This document shows, piece by piece, positions 29,653 through 39,984 of a stretch of DNA of 64,000 nucleotides. The notes below the pieces were generated by a model. That model was not told the DNA's origin. It did no database searches and saw nothing but the letters and a program-made list of their open reading frames with translations. The DNA comes from Terriglobales bacterium (lineage in GTDB: Bacteria; Acidobacteriota; Terriglobia; Terriglobales; Acidobacteriaceae): contig DATMAB010000020.1 of NCBI GenBank assembly GCA_035573675.1, positions 88,408 through 152,407 of the forward strand, given 5' to 3'. The first letter of the stretch is position 1, and each line of letters begins with the position of its first letter. Made by a program: the position numbers and the translations under genes.

Positions 29653-31962
29653 TTACGATTCTTGCAGAGCGCGCACTTCTGTGTTGGTGTGCCGCAGGCG
29701 GATGGCCAGCGCTTTGGCCAGGCCCTCAAGCAGGTTGATGGCCAGCCGCTTGTGTTCCTCGGCCAGTCCATCGAAGCGTTCCCGTGAAAGCACGTAGAGA
29801 TCGGTGTCGGTGTGCGCCACGGCATCGGCCGAGCGCGGCTGGCGGTCCAGGAACGACATCTCGCCGAAGAAGTCGCCGCGCCCGAAGGTCGCCAGGTGAT
29901 GGCCGGCCGTGCCCGCCAGCGGTAGCAGGATGCGCACGGCTCCACGCCGGATCAGGAACAACTCGTCGCCCGCGTCGCCGGCCGCGAAGATGCGCTCGCC
30001 GGCCTTGTAGGAGCGCTTCTCCATGCACGCTTCCAGCGCCGCGATGGTCTCTTCCTTGCGCGCCTTGAATTGCTCGAACTGGCGCAGCTCGAGCACCGTT
30101 TCTTCCTTTTTCTCCAGGCGTTCTTCTTCGAGGATCTGGTTCTCCACCCACTCCAGCGCCTCGTCCAGTTCTCCGAAGATGCGCACGTTGCGCTGGCGCA
30201 CCAGTCCCACCTGGTCGAAGTACTGCTGCATGTCGCGGCCGCTGGGAACGTAATGCGGAATCTGGCTGAAGATGAGATACCCCTTGCGTTCCGCCATGGT
30301 GTCTTCGATGCGGTCGAGCATGTGGGCGGCCGTCACGTCCACCGACTGCACGCGGCGCATGTCCAGGATTACGTACTTTTTGGTCTTCAGCTCCGGCTCC
30401 AGTACCGTGTAGAGCTGGTCCGTGGTGCCAAAGAACAGGCTGCCTTGCAGCTCGAAGATGGCGGACTGGTTGCCGCGTTTCTCCAGGATCTCCATCTCCT
30501 GCGGCAGGCGCACCTGCTTGGAGAACATCTGATTGCCGTAGGTTTTCCGCCGCACGACCGAACCCCCGATCTGCTCCCGGATGAACAGCAGGATGGCCAG
30601 GCCGACCCCCACTGCGGAGGCGGCGATCAGGCTCACCGTCTCCGCCACCACCACCACGATCACAATCACCACGAAGTCAAGGACTGTGGAACGCGACTTG
30701 AGCAGATGCAGGCTGTTGCGGTCCATCATGCGGAAACCGACCACCAGCAGGATCCCGGCCAGGGCGGCGATCGGCACCCAGGCGATCAGCCCGCCGAGCA
30801 GGAGGAAGGCGCCCAGCGCCAGCACGCCTTCAATCAGTCCGGAGAGGCGGCTTTGCCCGCCGCTGGTCAGGTTGACGAGCGTCGCGCCCATCTGGCCCGC
30901 TCCGGGCACGCCGCCGACGATGGTGGAAGCCACGTTGCCCAGGCCCTGCCCGATCAGCTCGCGGTTGGAGTTGTGGCGGCTGCGGGTCAGCGCATCGAGC
31001 ACGACGCAGGTCTTCAGCGTGTCAATGGAAAGCAGCACGGCCAGAGTCAGCGCCGGGATGAACAGGAACTTCAGGTCCGCGGCCTTCAGCGCCCCGACCG
31101 CCCTCCAGCGGCCCAGGGTCGCGTCCAGGAAGCCTCCCTCCGACCCGCCCAGCGGCCCGACAATCAGCTTGTTCCCGGTCAGCTCCAACAGCGACCGGTC
31201 GACCAGCGTCAGCGCGAAGTAGGCCGCCACTGCGGCGATCAGCCCCAGGATGGCCGCAGGCACTTTCTTGGTCAGCTTGGGCGCAATCACCATCACCGCC
31301 ACCGCCACCGCGCCCACCACGATGCTGTACCAGTTCCACTGCCAGGGCGTGGTGATCGCCTGCCAGACCTGCACGCCCTTCGGGACACCCAGGAACTTGG
31401 GCACCTGGCTGAGGATGATGATCAGCCCCACACCGCTGAGGTAACCGCTCACCACCGGGTAGGGCATGTACTTGATCAGCCGGCCCAGTCCTACCAGGCC
31501 GAATCCCGCCTGCATCAGGCCGCAGAGCAAGGACACGATCACCAGCATCAGCACCGCCGACTCCGGCGTAATACCCTTCTGCGAGAGTTCGATGGCCAAC
31601 GCCGAAAGCACGGCCGCGGCCGGCGCGCAGGGCGCCGTGATCAGGCGATTCGTCCCTCCCAGGGCCGGAGCCACCAGGCCCAGCGCGGTCGTGCCCAGAA
31701 TGCCCGCGATCGCCCCCTGCGCGGCATAGGCCGTGCCCAGCGGAGAGAAGATGGTTACGCCGAAGGCTATGGCCGAAGGCAGGGCCACCAGCATGGCGGA
31801 AAGGCCGCCCCAGAAGTCGCCGGCCAGGTTTTCGGGCTTCGTGAGGGTCACGGGAAGGCGCGTATCATACCACTGCACTGCACGTGGTGCGATGGCAGGG
31901 CCTGCTCCCACTCTTCCCTTCACCCGGGCGGAGCCCGCCTGGCGGGCGAAGTCGAGGGGCAA
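29653..31962 (-). CDS. SulP-family anion transporter fused to STAS and cyclic-nucleotide-binding domains
   Basis: The SulP TM core contains LSAMLVALPSAIAFG.... A STAS-like segment and a C-terminal cNMP-binding motif (FLIRRGAVRI...FGEMSFLD) follow. The exact start is uncertain. Confidence 0.8.
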   Translation of the reverse strand: MPLDFARQAGSARVKGRVGAGPAIAPRAVQWYDTRLPVTLTKPENLAGDFWGGLSAMLVALPSAIAFGVTIFSPLGTAYAAQGAIAGILGTTALGLVAPALGGTNRLITAPCAPAAAVLSALAIELSQKGITPESAVLMLVIVSLLCGLMQAGFGLVGLGRLIKYMPYPVVSGYLSGVGLIIILSQVPKFLGVPKGVQVWQAITTPWQWNWYSIVVGAVAVAVMVIAPKLTKKVPAAILGLIAAVAAYFALTLVDRSLLELTGNKLIVGPLGGSEGGFLDATLGRWRAVGALKAADLKFLFIPALTLAVLLSIDTLKTCVVLDALTRSRHNSNRELIGQGLGNVASTIVGGVPGAGQMGATLVNLTSGGQSRLSGLIEGVLALGAFLLLGGLIAWVPIAALAGILLVVGFRMMDRNSLHLLKSRSTVLDFVVIVIVVVVAETVSLIAASAVGVGLAILLFIREQIGGSVVRRKTYGNQMFSKQVRLPQEMEILEKRGNQSAIFELQGSLFFGTTDQLYTVLEPELKTKKYVILDMRRVQSVDVTAAHMLDRIEDTMAERKGYLIFSQIPHYVPSGRDMQQYFDQVGLVRQRNVRIFGELDEALEWVENQILEEERLEKKEETVLELRQFEQFKARKEETIAALEACMEKRSYKAGERIFAAGDAGDELFLIRRGAVRILLPLAGTAGHHLATFGRGDFFGEMSFLDRQPRSADAVAHTDTDLYVLSRERFDGLAEEHKRLAINLLEGLAKALAIRLRHTNTEVRALQES

Positions 31963-32014
31963 TGCATTTGCTTCTTAATATCCCCTGCGGCAGTTCGCTC
32001 CAGGCGCCGCTCTT

Positions 32015-33187
32015 CTAGTCAGTCGCGCCCTGCCGCATGTCCTGCACCCTGCCCTTCCATTCCCCTCCCCGTCCTGCCCAGTATCGCAGCGCTGAATAAA
32101 CTGTGGCCCCCATATAGAACAGCGCAACCAGCGGGAGCGCCACCGCCCACCACCAGCCCAGGCCGTAGAAACGAGCCATGGGCAGGTACGCCGTTGTCAT
32201 CATCGCCCAGGCCAGAATCCCGAGCGCGGCAGGAAGGGGCCGTCCACTCACGACCAAAGCGGGCGGAAGCAAATAGGCCACCACCATTCCTGCCAGCGCT
32301 CCCACTAACAGGAGCGTCGAGTGACGCAACTGGTTGAACGCCGTGCGTGAGATCATCCGTCCGATAGACGCCGCTGACCCATACTCCCGTATGCTGAGCG
32401 TTCGCGCCGCGAGTCCCAGCCAGACCCTGCCGCCGGTCTTCTTCACCACGCGCGCCAGCGCACAATCGTCGATGATCTCCCCGCGTACAGCCGCGAGGCC
32501 TCCGGCGCGCTGCAGCGCTTCAGGGCGGATCAGAAGGCACCCGCCTGCCGCGCCCGCGGTGTCGCGCCGCGGGTCCGCAATCCACGCCGGCGGATAAAGC
32601 TTGAAAAAGAAAAACACGAAGGCCGGGATCAGCAGCTTCTCCGCCGGTGTTTCGCAACGCAGCCTGACCATCACCGACGCCAGGTCGTAAGCCTCGCGTT
32701 CCGCCTTCCCCACCAGCGTCGCCACGCTGTCCGGCGCGTGCACCACATCCGCGTCCGTGAACAGCAAATATTGCGGGCGGAGTTCGCGCGCCCGCTGCAC
32801 TCCCTGCTCCAGCGCCCACACCTTGCCGGACCATCCCGGCGGCAGCGGCCGTCCTTCGAGCAGGGTCAGCGCCTCGGCTTTGCCGGTCCGGCCGGCCGCC
32901 TGGCGCGCCACGCGGGCCGTGTCGTCGCTGCTGCCGTCATCCACCACGAAGATGTGAAGCGGTCCGCCATATGCCTGCTGCAGCAGCGACTCGACGCTTC
33001 GCACGATGACCGCCGCCTCGTCTCTCGCCGGAACCACCACGGCCACGCCAGCCTGGCTGCCGCCTGCCTCTCCACCCGGCGCGAAGAGCGTTCGCACTTG
33101 CCAGAACCCGCCGCGCCCCAGCAGTACGTACGTCCAACTGAGGACCGAAAGAGCTCCGCCTACTGCAGCCAGGTCGCGGATTTCCAC
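32015..33187 (-). CDS. Family 2 glycosyltransferase, membrane-bound (HpnB-like architecture possible)
   Basis: The GT2 motifs are VVVPARDEA...FVVDDGSSDDT...TDAD. C-terminal TM helices are present. Confidence 0.7.
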   Translation of the reverse strand: MEIRDLAAVGGALSVLSWTYVLLGRGGFWQVRTLFAPGGEAGGSQAGVAVVVPARDEAAVIVRSVESLLQQAYGGPLHIFVVDDGSSDDTARVARQAAGRTGKAEALTLLEGRPLPPGWSGKVWALEQGVQRARELRPQYLLFTDADVVHAPDSVATLVGKAEREAYDLASVMVRLRCETPAEKLLIPAFVFFFFKLYPPAWIADPRRDTAGAAGGCLLIRPEALQRAGGLAAVRGEIIDDCALARVVKKTGGRVWLGLAARTLSIREYGSAASIGRMISRTAFNQLRHSTLLLVGALAGMVVAYLLPPALVVSGRPLPAALGILAWAMMTTAYLPMARFYGLGWWWAVALPLVALFYMGATVYSALRYWAGRGGEWKGRVQDMRQGATD

Positions 33188-33354
33188 GGGGCTCAGTCTA
33201 CGACGATTCTCTCCGGCTCCGGCAACCCGCGCCCTCGGGACGGCAACTAAGAGTGCATAATCAGGAAAGACCGGCAGTATTCATAGGAACGACATTTTCA
33301 TACCGTCCTCGCTGGTAAGGAGGACACAACTGATCTCGAAGATCAGGAGGCCTT

Positions 33355-33813
33355 ATGGAAAGGCAGGATGAGCGTTGGAACATCCTTATGGAACACAACC
33401 GGCTTTTGGACACTCGCTTGCTGGTGTGGGAGATGCTGATCTGCCAACTTGCCCATCGTGATCAGGTCCTGGACGAACGATACGCCAGGATCATGCAATT
33501 CGTCCGCGAGGTCCTGGAGCAAGACCTCATCCGTCGTTCCGCCATCAAGGAAGTGCAACTGTATGCGCAGTTGGAGCGCGAGGCGCCGCAACTCCGCCGC
33601 CTGCTGGGCGAGCTTTACAAGGAGCACGAGGCCCTGTTCGGCAAGCTGGAGGCCATCCACCGCGAGCTGAGCCATGCCACTCCGGAAAGCGCCGGCGTGA
33701 TTCGCGAGCTTGGCCTCGGCTTCACCCAGGCCCTGCGCGCCCACATGCGCCGCGAGGAGCAGGAATTGATCCCTGCGGCCGCCGAAACCCTGGAGTACCG
33801 GGCCGCAAGCTGA
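33355..33813 (+). CDS. Hemerythrin-HHE-like small helical protein (tentative)
   Basis: CAGGAGG lies 4 nt upstream of the ATG. The protein is helical with His/Glu spacing such as HMRREEQELIP. The competing antisense ORF 33343..33927 is Ala/Arg/Gln-rich. Confidence 0.45.
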   Translation: MERQDERWNILMEHNRLLDTRLLVWEMLICQLAHRDQVLDERYARIMQFVREVLEQDLIRRSAIKEVQLYAQLEREAPQLRRLLGELYKEHEALFGKLEAIHRELSHATPESAGVIRELGLGFTQALRAHMRREEQELIPAAAETLEYRAAS

Positions 33814-34052
33814 CCTACGCTGGAGCACCGCCCTCTGCTTTAACGTGATGGAGTGAGTTTGCGAGTCGGCTTGTCTTTGCCAGCATCGGGCCGGTGGCCA
33901 CGCTGGACGCCGTTTTGCAGGTCGCACGGCGCACCGAAGCCCTGCAGTGCCCGGCCTGTGGACTATCGAGCGGACTAACCACCACGGTCGCTAAAGACTG
34001 TCCACGCCCGCCGCATCCGACGGCACGCCTTCGAACACGGGCCTGGGCAGGC

Positions 34053-34128
<76 letters not shown>

Positions 34129-34224
34129 ACGGTGGGAAAGAAGCAGCAGAAGGCAGGACTGGATTATAGCATCCGTCTCGCACGAGGCCGCTTCTTTGCT
34201 TGCTCTGCCCGCCGCGCGTCAGCC

Positions 34225-34608
34225 TCAGTGGGCGCGCGAGAAATGCTCGTGCACTACGCGCCAGTTCTTCCCTTGGCGCACGAACACATGGGTGCCGCGG
34301 CCGTGTATGACGTGGCCGCGCCCCAAGCCCACGCTCCAGTAAAAAGTCGCCACCGCCGTATCGCCCGTGACTTGCACGAGCGGCTGCTCGATGCGGTAGG
34401 TCATCTTAGGCGATTGCCTGAGGTAGAACTGGAAGGTCTTCCGTTGAGCACCCAGGCCGCGGATGCGGGCGTGCGTTGTGGAAGAGAACCCGACGAACCT
34501 GGGGCTGAAGACTCGCATGGCGCCGGAGACATCGCGCCGGTTGAACGCTCGAGCCTGCTCCCGCTCCAAGCGGAGAATCGCCCTCTGAATTGCCCTGGCG
34601 TCAGCCAT
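34225..34608 (-). CDS. NTF2-like (SnoaL/DUF4440-type) protein
   Basis: It is 127 aa. Pattern: ...REQARAFNRRDVSGAMRVFSP...GKNWRVVHEHFS, typical of DUF4440/SgcJ-like proteins. Confidence 0.65.
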   Translation of the reverse strand: MADARAIQRAILRLEREQARAFNRRDVSGAMRVFSPRFVGFSSTTHARIRGLGAQRKTFQFYLRQSPKMTYRIEQPLVQVTGDTAVATFYWSVGLGRGHVIHGRGTHVFVRQGKNWRVVHEHFSRAH

Positions 34609-34710
34609 GTCTCAACCTCCTGGCCACGCTCCAAGACATTATACGGCGGCGGATTCGTCCCCTTGATGGAACGCACGTCACGGCTCAGGAAGGAGGCTTG
34701 CAGAGGACAA

Positions 34711-36402
34711 CTAGAAAGTGAAGGCGAGGCCGCCGCGCACGGAACGTGCCGCCTGCACCAGGTACAGCGTCTGGCCATCCGAGCCGACGACGGGCACATA
34801 CCCCTGGGCCAGCAGGTTGCGGACGTCGACCAGCGCTTCGATCTGTCCCGGGCCCCGTACCGGAATGGGCTGGCGGATGAAAAGGCTGAGGTACGGATCC
34901 GTCTGTCCCGGCGAAGCGTCGAACATATCCACGGGCGTCAGGGCCCGCCCGCTGGTCCACTTGTAGGAAGCGATCCAGCGCGTCTTGGCGCCGGGCAGGC
35001 GTCCGGAGAGCTTGGCGCTGGCGGCGTGACGCCGAACAGTGCGCAGGGAGGCGCGTGCCTCATCCAGGGAGACGCCCGGCTCCAGAAGGTCCAGGACACC
35101 CCCGAAGGCATACCCGAACGTGGCCGTCACTTCCGGCATCACCTGGCGCTCAAAGACCACTCGCACGCCGTCGGCGGAGAGATTGCCGCCATTGTAGGCG
35201 AAGGTATTGGAGTAGACGTCGGTCAGCACATCGTCGCCGTCCACGTCCGCGTCGCCGACACCCAGAAGCGCCGTGTTCACCAGCCGGTCGGCGAAGGCGG
35301 CCACCTGCAGGTTGTTGCCGCCGATGCGCCGCGAAAGCGCGATCTCTTGATGCCGGGCCTGCTCCAGCAGGGGCGCGCCGCCGTGCAGCGTGAAGCGCGG
35401 GCCGGATTCGCTCAGGTCAGCCGGCGCGGTGTCAAATCCCTTGGCCATCCGCGTATTGGGCTGCGAAGTGGCGTAGCGGTAGGACAGCACGGTGTACGGC
35501 GTAAGATGGAGTTCGGCGCTGCCGAACGGCTTCACCGCGCTGACGCGGCTGCCGAACTGCACGCTCTGCAGTTCGCCGCCGGCATGGACCTGGAGGAAGC
35601 TGCCCACGGTGACGGTGTCGCTCAGCGAGAGGGCGAGGGCTTCCAGGGCCGCGCCGTGCTCGACGGTTTCCGCGGTGGCGAAACGTCGCATGGTCAACGC
35701 CACCTCGGGCCGCGAGCCGTCGGGCAACCGGTGGGAGTAGCTGGCGCGCAGGACGCCCGGCGTGCCCGGTCCCTGCCCCAGGTTCCCGCCCACAGAAAGC
35801 GTGCCGGCGGAGAACAGCGAGCGCTCCACCAGGAAGGACGCGTTCATGTCGCTCGAACCGGGGCCGGGATCGCCGCCGGCCACCAGCGCCAGCCGGGCCT
35901 TGAGCACGCGATCCTTCTCGTTCCCCGAACGGCTCACCACCATCAGCGATTCGCCCTCACTCAGCCGCAGCACGGGGCGGTTCACGGTCGAGCGCAAGGT
36001 CCACTTCCAGTCGTCCTCATCCTCGCGCGGCCGCGCCTCCGGACTCAGCAACAGGAGAGCCTCGAACAGCGTGTTCAGCGTGAGGTTGAGAATGGCGTGG
36101 GTGCCGGAGCGCAGCACCAGGTTCTCGCGCAACGTAGGCAGGAAGGATGGCGCGCTGACCTTGACGTAATAACGGCCCGGCGCCAAGCCGGAGGCGAGGA
36201 AGTGGCCGCGCTCATCGGTGAACACCTTGCGCGGCACCTCGGTGGCGGAAGCGAAGATCTCGACCACCGCGCCCATCTGCGGCACCCCGGCGGTGTTGGT
36301 GACCGAGCCGCTGACGGTGGCTGGCCGGGGCGCGCCGGCGGAAGCCGGCAGCGCGGCTGCCAGCATCACCAGCATCCAGCCCAGTCTGTGGTTCCTCGAC
36401 AT
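34711..36402 (-). CDS. Outer-membrane beta-barrel protein with an N-terminal CarboxypepD_reg-like domain
   Basis: It has a signal peptide. The CarboxypepD_reg motif is VSGSVTNTAGVPQMGAVVEI...ERGHFLASGLAPGRYYVKVSAPSF. The protein is beta-rich and ends in a C-terminal aromatic residue (...GGLAFTF). Confidence 0.8.
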   Translation of the reverse strand: MSRNHRLGWMLVMLAAALPASAGAPRPATVSGSVTNTAGVPQMGAVVEIFASATEVPRKVFTDERGHFLASGLAPGRYYVKVSAPSFLPTLRENLVLRSGTHAILNLTLNTLFEALLLLSPEARPREDEDDWKWTLRSTVNRPVLRLSEGESLMVVSRSGNEKDRVLKARLALVAGGDPGPGSSDMNASFLVERSLFSAGTLSVGGNLGQGPGTPGVLRASYSHRLPDGSRPEVALTMRRFATAETVEHGAALEALALSLSDTVTVGSFLQVHAGGELQSVQFGSRVSAVKPFGSAELHLTPYTVLSYRYATSQPNTRMAKGFDTAPADLSESGPRFTLHGGAPLLEQARHQEIALSRRIGGNNLQVAAFADRLVNTALLGVGDADVDGDDVLTDVYSNTFAYNGGNLSADGVRVVFERQVMPEVTATFGYAFGGVLDLLEPGVSLDEARASLRTVRRHAASAKLSGRLPGAKTRWIASYKWTSGRALTPVDMFDASPGQTDPYLSLFIRQPIPVRGPGQIEALVDVRNLLAQGYVPVVGSDGQTLYLVQAARSVRGGLAFTF

Positions 36403-36423
36403 CCGTTCGCGAATCCTTCTCCG

Positions 36424-38166
36424 CTACTCGATCGCAAACTTCGCCGTGGGCGCGATCGTTTGCTTGGAAAGATTGTCGTTCACCTTGATGGTGAGCTGGT
36501 AGACGCCCGGGGGCAGGTTCTGAATCGGCAGGCTCTTTTCCAGCGTGACCTGCTCGCCGACGTTGCCCAGTTGATCGGTGCTCTCTACCTGCTTCATCAG
36601 CGACTGCTTGCTGGCCACGTTGACCAGATCGTACTCGATGGTGGCCGAAGGTTTCTGCGTCTTCTCATCGACCGAGAGGTTATAGACCTGCATCCAGAAG
36701 TTCACGCGGTCGTTGGCGCTGCGCTTAAAGGAAGCGGGCTTGCCGTCCGCCGGCTCCACGCGCGGCCGCACTTTGGTGGTGCCGATCACGAAGTTGCCGG
36801 AGCCGACCTGGCGCGTGGGCACTTTTTCCATCTGGTCGGCCACGATCAGCGTGGAAGCCGCCAGCTTGTCTTCATCGTAGGACGGTACCAGCAGGCCGCG
36901 GCTCCAGGTTCCTACCCGGTCGCCATTCACGTCCTTCACCACGATGTCGAGGCGATAGCGGCCCGGCCGCAGCGGCATCGCCTTCCAGTACACCGACGCG
37001 TTCTGAATGGTCTTGGAGAGCAGCGCCTCCGGCACGTCCACCTGCACCGTGTCCTCGAACGTCTGCGCGATGCGCCCGGTCAGCGTGGTCAGCCGCCCGA
37101 AGATGTTGGCGACGCCGCGCTGCACGCCTTCCTTGTTTACGAACGTCAGGTCGCGGTTCTTCAACTGGATGGTCACCGGCACCAGCACGGTGTCGGTGGT
37201 GACGCGCACAAAGTCCACGCGCACGTCGAACGGCATCAGGTTGTAGCGAACCTTGCTGGTGACGACCTCTTCCAGCTCCTTGAACTTGATCTGCGGAGGC
37301 TTCTGCAGCTTGCCGTACAGCTCCAGGCGGTCGAACTGGCTGGTGGGAAGGTTGCGGTTGAAGGGCCCCACGCCCAGCCTTTCCAGGCCGCCGCCGGTGA
37401 AGCGGTCGGCCTTGTTGGCCAGACCCATCTCCTCAAACCAGGTCGGGCCCGCGTTGGGCACATACAGGAGCGCGTCCTTTTCCGAGCGGTCGATGGTCAT
37501 GTGGTAGTCGCCGCACATGCAGGTATCGACGAACTCGATCTCGACTTCCTGCTGCCCCGCGCCCGGCAGGTCCAGATAGCGGTAGCGCCAGACTTCGAAC
37601 GGGAAGGTCGAAGTCGACCCGCCTCCTTCCTCCATCGGCCGCTGATACATTCCGCCGCTGGGGTGCGCATCGATCTGGTCGGGCGGTCCGAAAATGATGT
37701 AGATGCGACCGCGGTCTGTCTTCCACCCCGGCTTGCCGGCCGCGAAGCGTTCATTGGCGTAGGCCATGCGCCGGTAATGCTCTTCCTTGTATTCGTTCTC
37801 GACCGTGTCCGGGGTGGGATCGCGGCGCAGCCAGAACTGCTCGATGAACTGGTCGCGTTCCTCATCGTTGGAGAACTGCTTGAAGGCTTGCAGCTCTTCG
37901 TCCATGATGATCCAGCGCACGTCTTCGTCGAGCCAGCGCTTGTAGGTCTTGCCCAGCTCCCGCTTCAGGCTCTTTTCCTGCTCTTTGCGCTGTTTTTCGG
38001 TGAGAGGACGCTTCAGCGGGTCGGCCTCTTCCCGGGCCGCATCCTGGCCGGAAGTGCTTGGCCCCGCGGGCTTGGCGTCATTCTGCCCCCACACGGGCGC
38101 TCCGGCAAAACTCCACAGGGTCAATAGAAGAACAACGAAGAAGGTCCTAAATCGGTCCACAGCCAT
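36424..38166 (-). CDS. GWxTD-domain protein, secreted
   Basis: It has a signal peptide and the diagnostic motif GKPGWKTDRGRIYIIFGPPD. Confidence 0.8.
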   Translation of the reverse strand: MAVDRFRTFFVVLLLTLWSFAGAPVWGQNDAKPAGPSTSGQDAAREEADPLKRPLTEKQRKEQEKSLKRELGKTYKRWLDEDVRWIIMDEELQAFKQFSNDEERDQFIEQFWLRRDPTPDTVENEYKEEHYRRMAYANERFAAGKPGWKTDRGRIYIIFGPPDQIDAHPSGGMYQRPMEEGGGSTSTFPFEVWRYRYLDLPGAGQQEVEIEFVDTCMCGDYHMTIDRSEKDALLYVPNAGPTWFEEMGLANKADRFTGGGLERLGVGPFNRNLPTSQFDRLELYGKLQKPPQIKFKELEEVVTSKVRYNLMPFDVRVDFVRVTTDTVLVPVTIQLKNRDLTFVNKEGVQRGVANIFGRLTTLTGRIAQTFEDTVQVDVPEALLSKTIQNASVYWKAMPLRPGRYRLDIVVKDVNGDRVGTWSRGLLVPSYDEDKLAASTLIVADQMEKVPTRQVGSGNFVIGTTKVRPRVEPADGKPASFKRSANDRVNFWMQVYNLSVDEKTQKPSATIEYDLVNVASKQSLMKQVESTDQLGNVGEQVTLEKSLPIQNLPPGVYQLTIKVNDNLSKQTIAPTAKFAIE

Positions 38167-38524
38167 GCGAGAGACGACTCCTCTAGGCTCCTAGGATTCT
38201 AGGTGCATCGGGGGCCAAAATCAAGACTTACCATCCCCTCGGCCCGCCCGCCTAACTGCACCAAAACCAGTGATTTGGATGCCTTCCGGCTGAGAAGCGT
38301 CTCGCCGTCGCGAAGTTGCCTGGGACCGTCCGTCCCAGGTGCGCCCGAAGCCCCTTGGCCGTTATAATTCCGGAGAGCCCTGAGGGAGCATTGGCCGCCG
38401 CCGGTCCTGCCCTGGAGCGGGAGGAAACTTTTGCGGCGGCCTTCTCGTAACTGTATCCAGGCGGGTTCCCGCTTTGTCGGGAAGTCTTGCAGTCCGGGCC
38501 TCCGCAATTATTGAGAAATCCTGA

Positions 38525-39907
38525 ATGAGCCGAAGAAAGAAAATCGCGATCATTGCGGGCGCCGCAGTGGCGGTGCTGGCCATCGTCGGCTTCACGGTCC
38601 GCCAGAGCCGCAGGAACGTGGTGGAAGTGCAGGCCGGCAAGGTGGAACGCCGCGACCTGGCTTCGGTGGTCACCGCCTCGGGCGAGATCAAGCCGCAGCG
38701 CTACGTCAACATCAGCGCCAACGCATTCGGCAAGATTGTGAAGCTGTACGTGCGCGAAGGCGACCGCGTGCGGCAGGGGCAGCTCCTGGCGCAGCTGGAG
38801 AACGTGCAGTCCTCGGCCGATGTGGCCGCCATGCGCTCGTCGCTGGAGGCCGCGCGCACCGATGAAGTCGCCGCCGAAGCCGCCCTGCGCACCGCGCAGG
38901 CCGATCTCAGTCGCGCCAGGGCGGAACTGGAGCGCACCAAGCTGGACTACGAGCGCGCCCAGGGCCTGTACCAGGCGGCTCTCATCTCCAAGGCCGAATA
39001 CGACAGCCGCAAAGCGGCCTATGAGGCCGCCGATGCCGGCCTGGCTCAGGCCCAGGCCCGGGTGGCGCAGGCGCGCGCCCAGCGCGAGTCCGCCAGAGGC
39101 CGCGTCGGCCAGGCGGCAGCCACGCTCACCCGCGCCTCGGACGTCCTCAGCAAGACCATCTACACCGCGCCCTTCGACGGCGTGGTCACCAACTTGCCCG
39201 TGCGCGAAGGCGAAACCGTCGTGGTCGGCATCCAGAACTCCCCCGGAAGCACGCTCATGACGATCTCGGATCTCTCAGTCATTACGGCTGAGGTCAAAGT
39301 GGATGAAACCGACATCGTGAACGTGAAGCTGGGCCAGCCGGCCGACGTCACCATCGACGCCATTCCCGGAAAGACCTTCAAGGGCAAGGTGACGGAGATC
39401 GGCAACATCGCGGTCGTGCGCTCCACCGGCCTCGCGACCTCGCAGACCACCACCAGCAGCCAGGAGGCCAAGGACTTCAAGGTCGTGGTCACGCTCGACG
39501 ATCCGCCCGCGAACTTGCGGCCGGGCTTGTCGTCCACCGCCAAGATTACGACGGCCACTCGCCAGGGCGTTCTGACCATTCCGATCCAGGCCCTCACTAT
39601 CCGCCAGAAGTCGGATCTGGAGGAGAAGAAGGGCGAGAAGGGCGCCGCCCAGGCGGCCGCCCCGGTTCCGGCGGACAAGAAGAAGGAAGAGCTGCAAGGC
39701 GTCTTCGTCATCCGCGACCGCAAAGCCGTATTTGTGCCGGTAGAAACCGGCATCACGGGCGTGACCGAGATCGAAGTCACCAGCGGTCTGCAGGAGGGCG
39801 ACGAGATCGTGACCGGCAGCTACCGGGTGCTGCGCTCGCTGCGCAACGGCGCCGGCGTCAAGGTGGAAAAGCCCTCGGAGCGCAAGAAAGAGGAAGAAGA
39901 ATCGTGA
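38525..39907 (+). CDS. macA: Periplasmic adaptor (HlyD/MacA-type membrane fusion protein)
   Basis: It has an N-terminal TM anchor, a long coiled-coil (Ala/Gln/Arg heptads), and barrel-sandwich motifs (GEIKP...VREGDRVRQGQLLAQLE). Confidence 0.8.
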   Translation: MSRRKKIAIIAGAAVAVLAIVGFTVRQSRRNVVEVQAGKVERRDLASVVTASGEIKPQRYVNISANAFGKIVKLYVREGDRVRQGQLLAQLENVQSSADVAAMRSSLEAARTDEVAAEAALRTAQADLSRARAELERTKLDYERAQGLYQAALISKAEYDSRKAAYEAADAGLAQAQARVAQARAQRESARGRVGQAAATLTRASDVLSKTIYTAPFDGVVTNLPVREGETVVVGIQNSPGSTLMTISDLSVITAEVKVDETDIVNVKLGQPADVTIDAIPGKTFKGKVTEIGNIAVVRSTGLATSQTTTSSQEAKDFKVVVTLDDPPANLRPGLSSTAKITTATRQGVLTIPIQALTIRQKSDLEEKKGEKGAAQAAAPVPADKKKEELQGVFVIRDRKAVFVPVETGITGVTEIEVTSGLQEGDEIVTGSYRVLRSLRNGAGVKVEKPSERKKEEEES

Positions 39908-39984
39908 GACAAAGCCGCGCTTCCGCCGTCTAACCCGGAGAGCGAGGTCGAGGGTCCGACGGCCGCCCGGCTGCGGAAAGCGTC

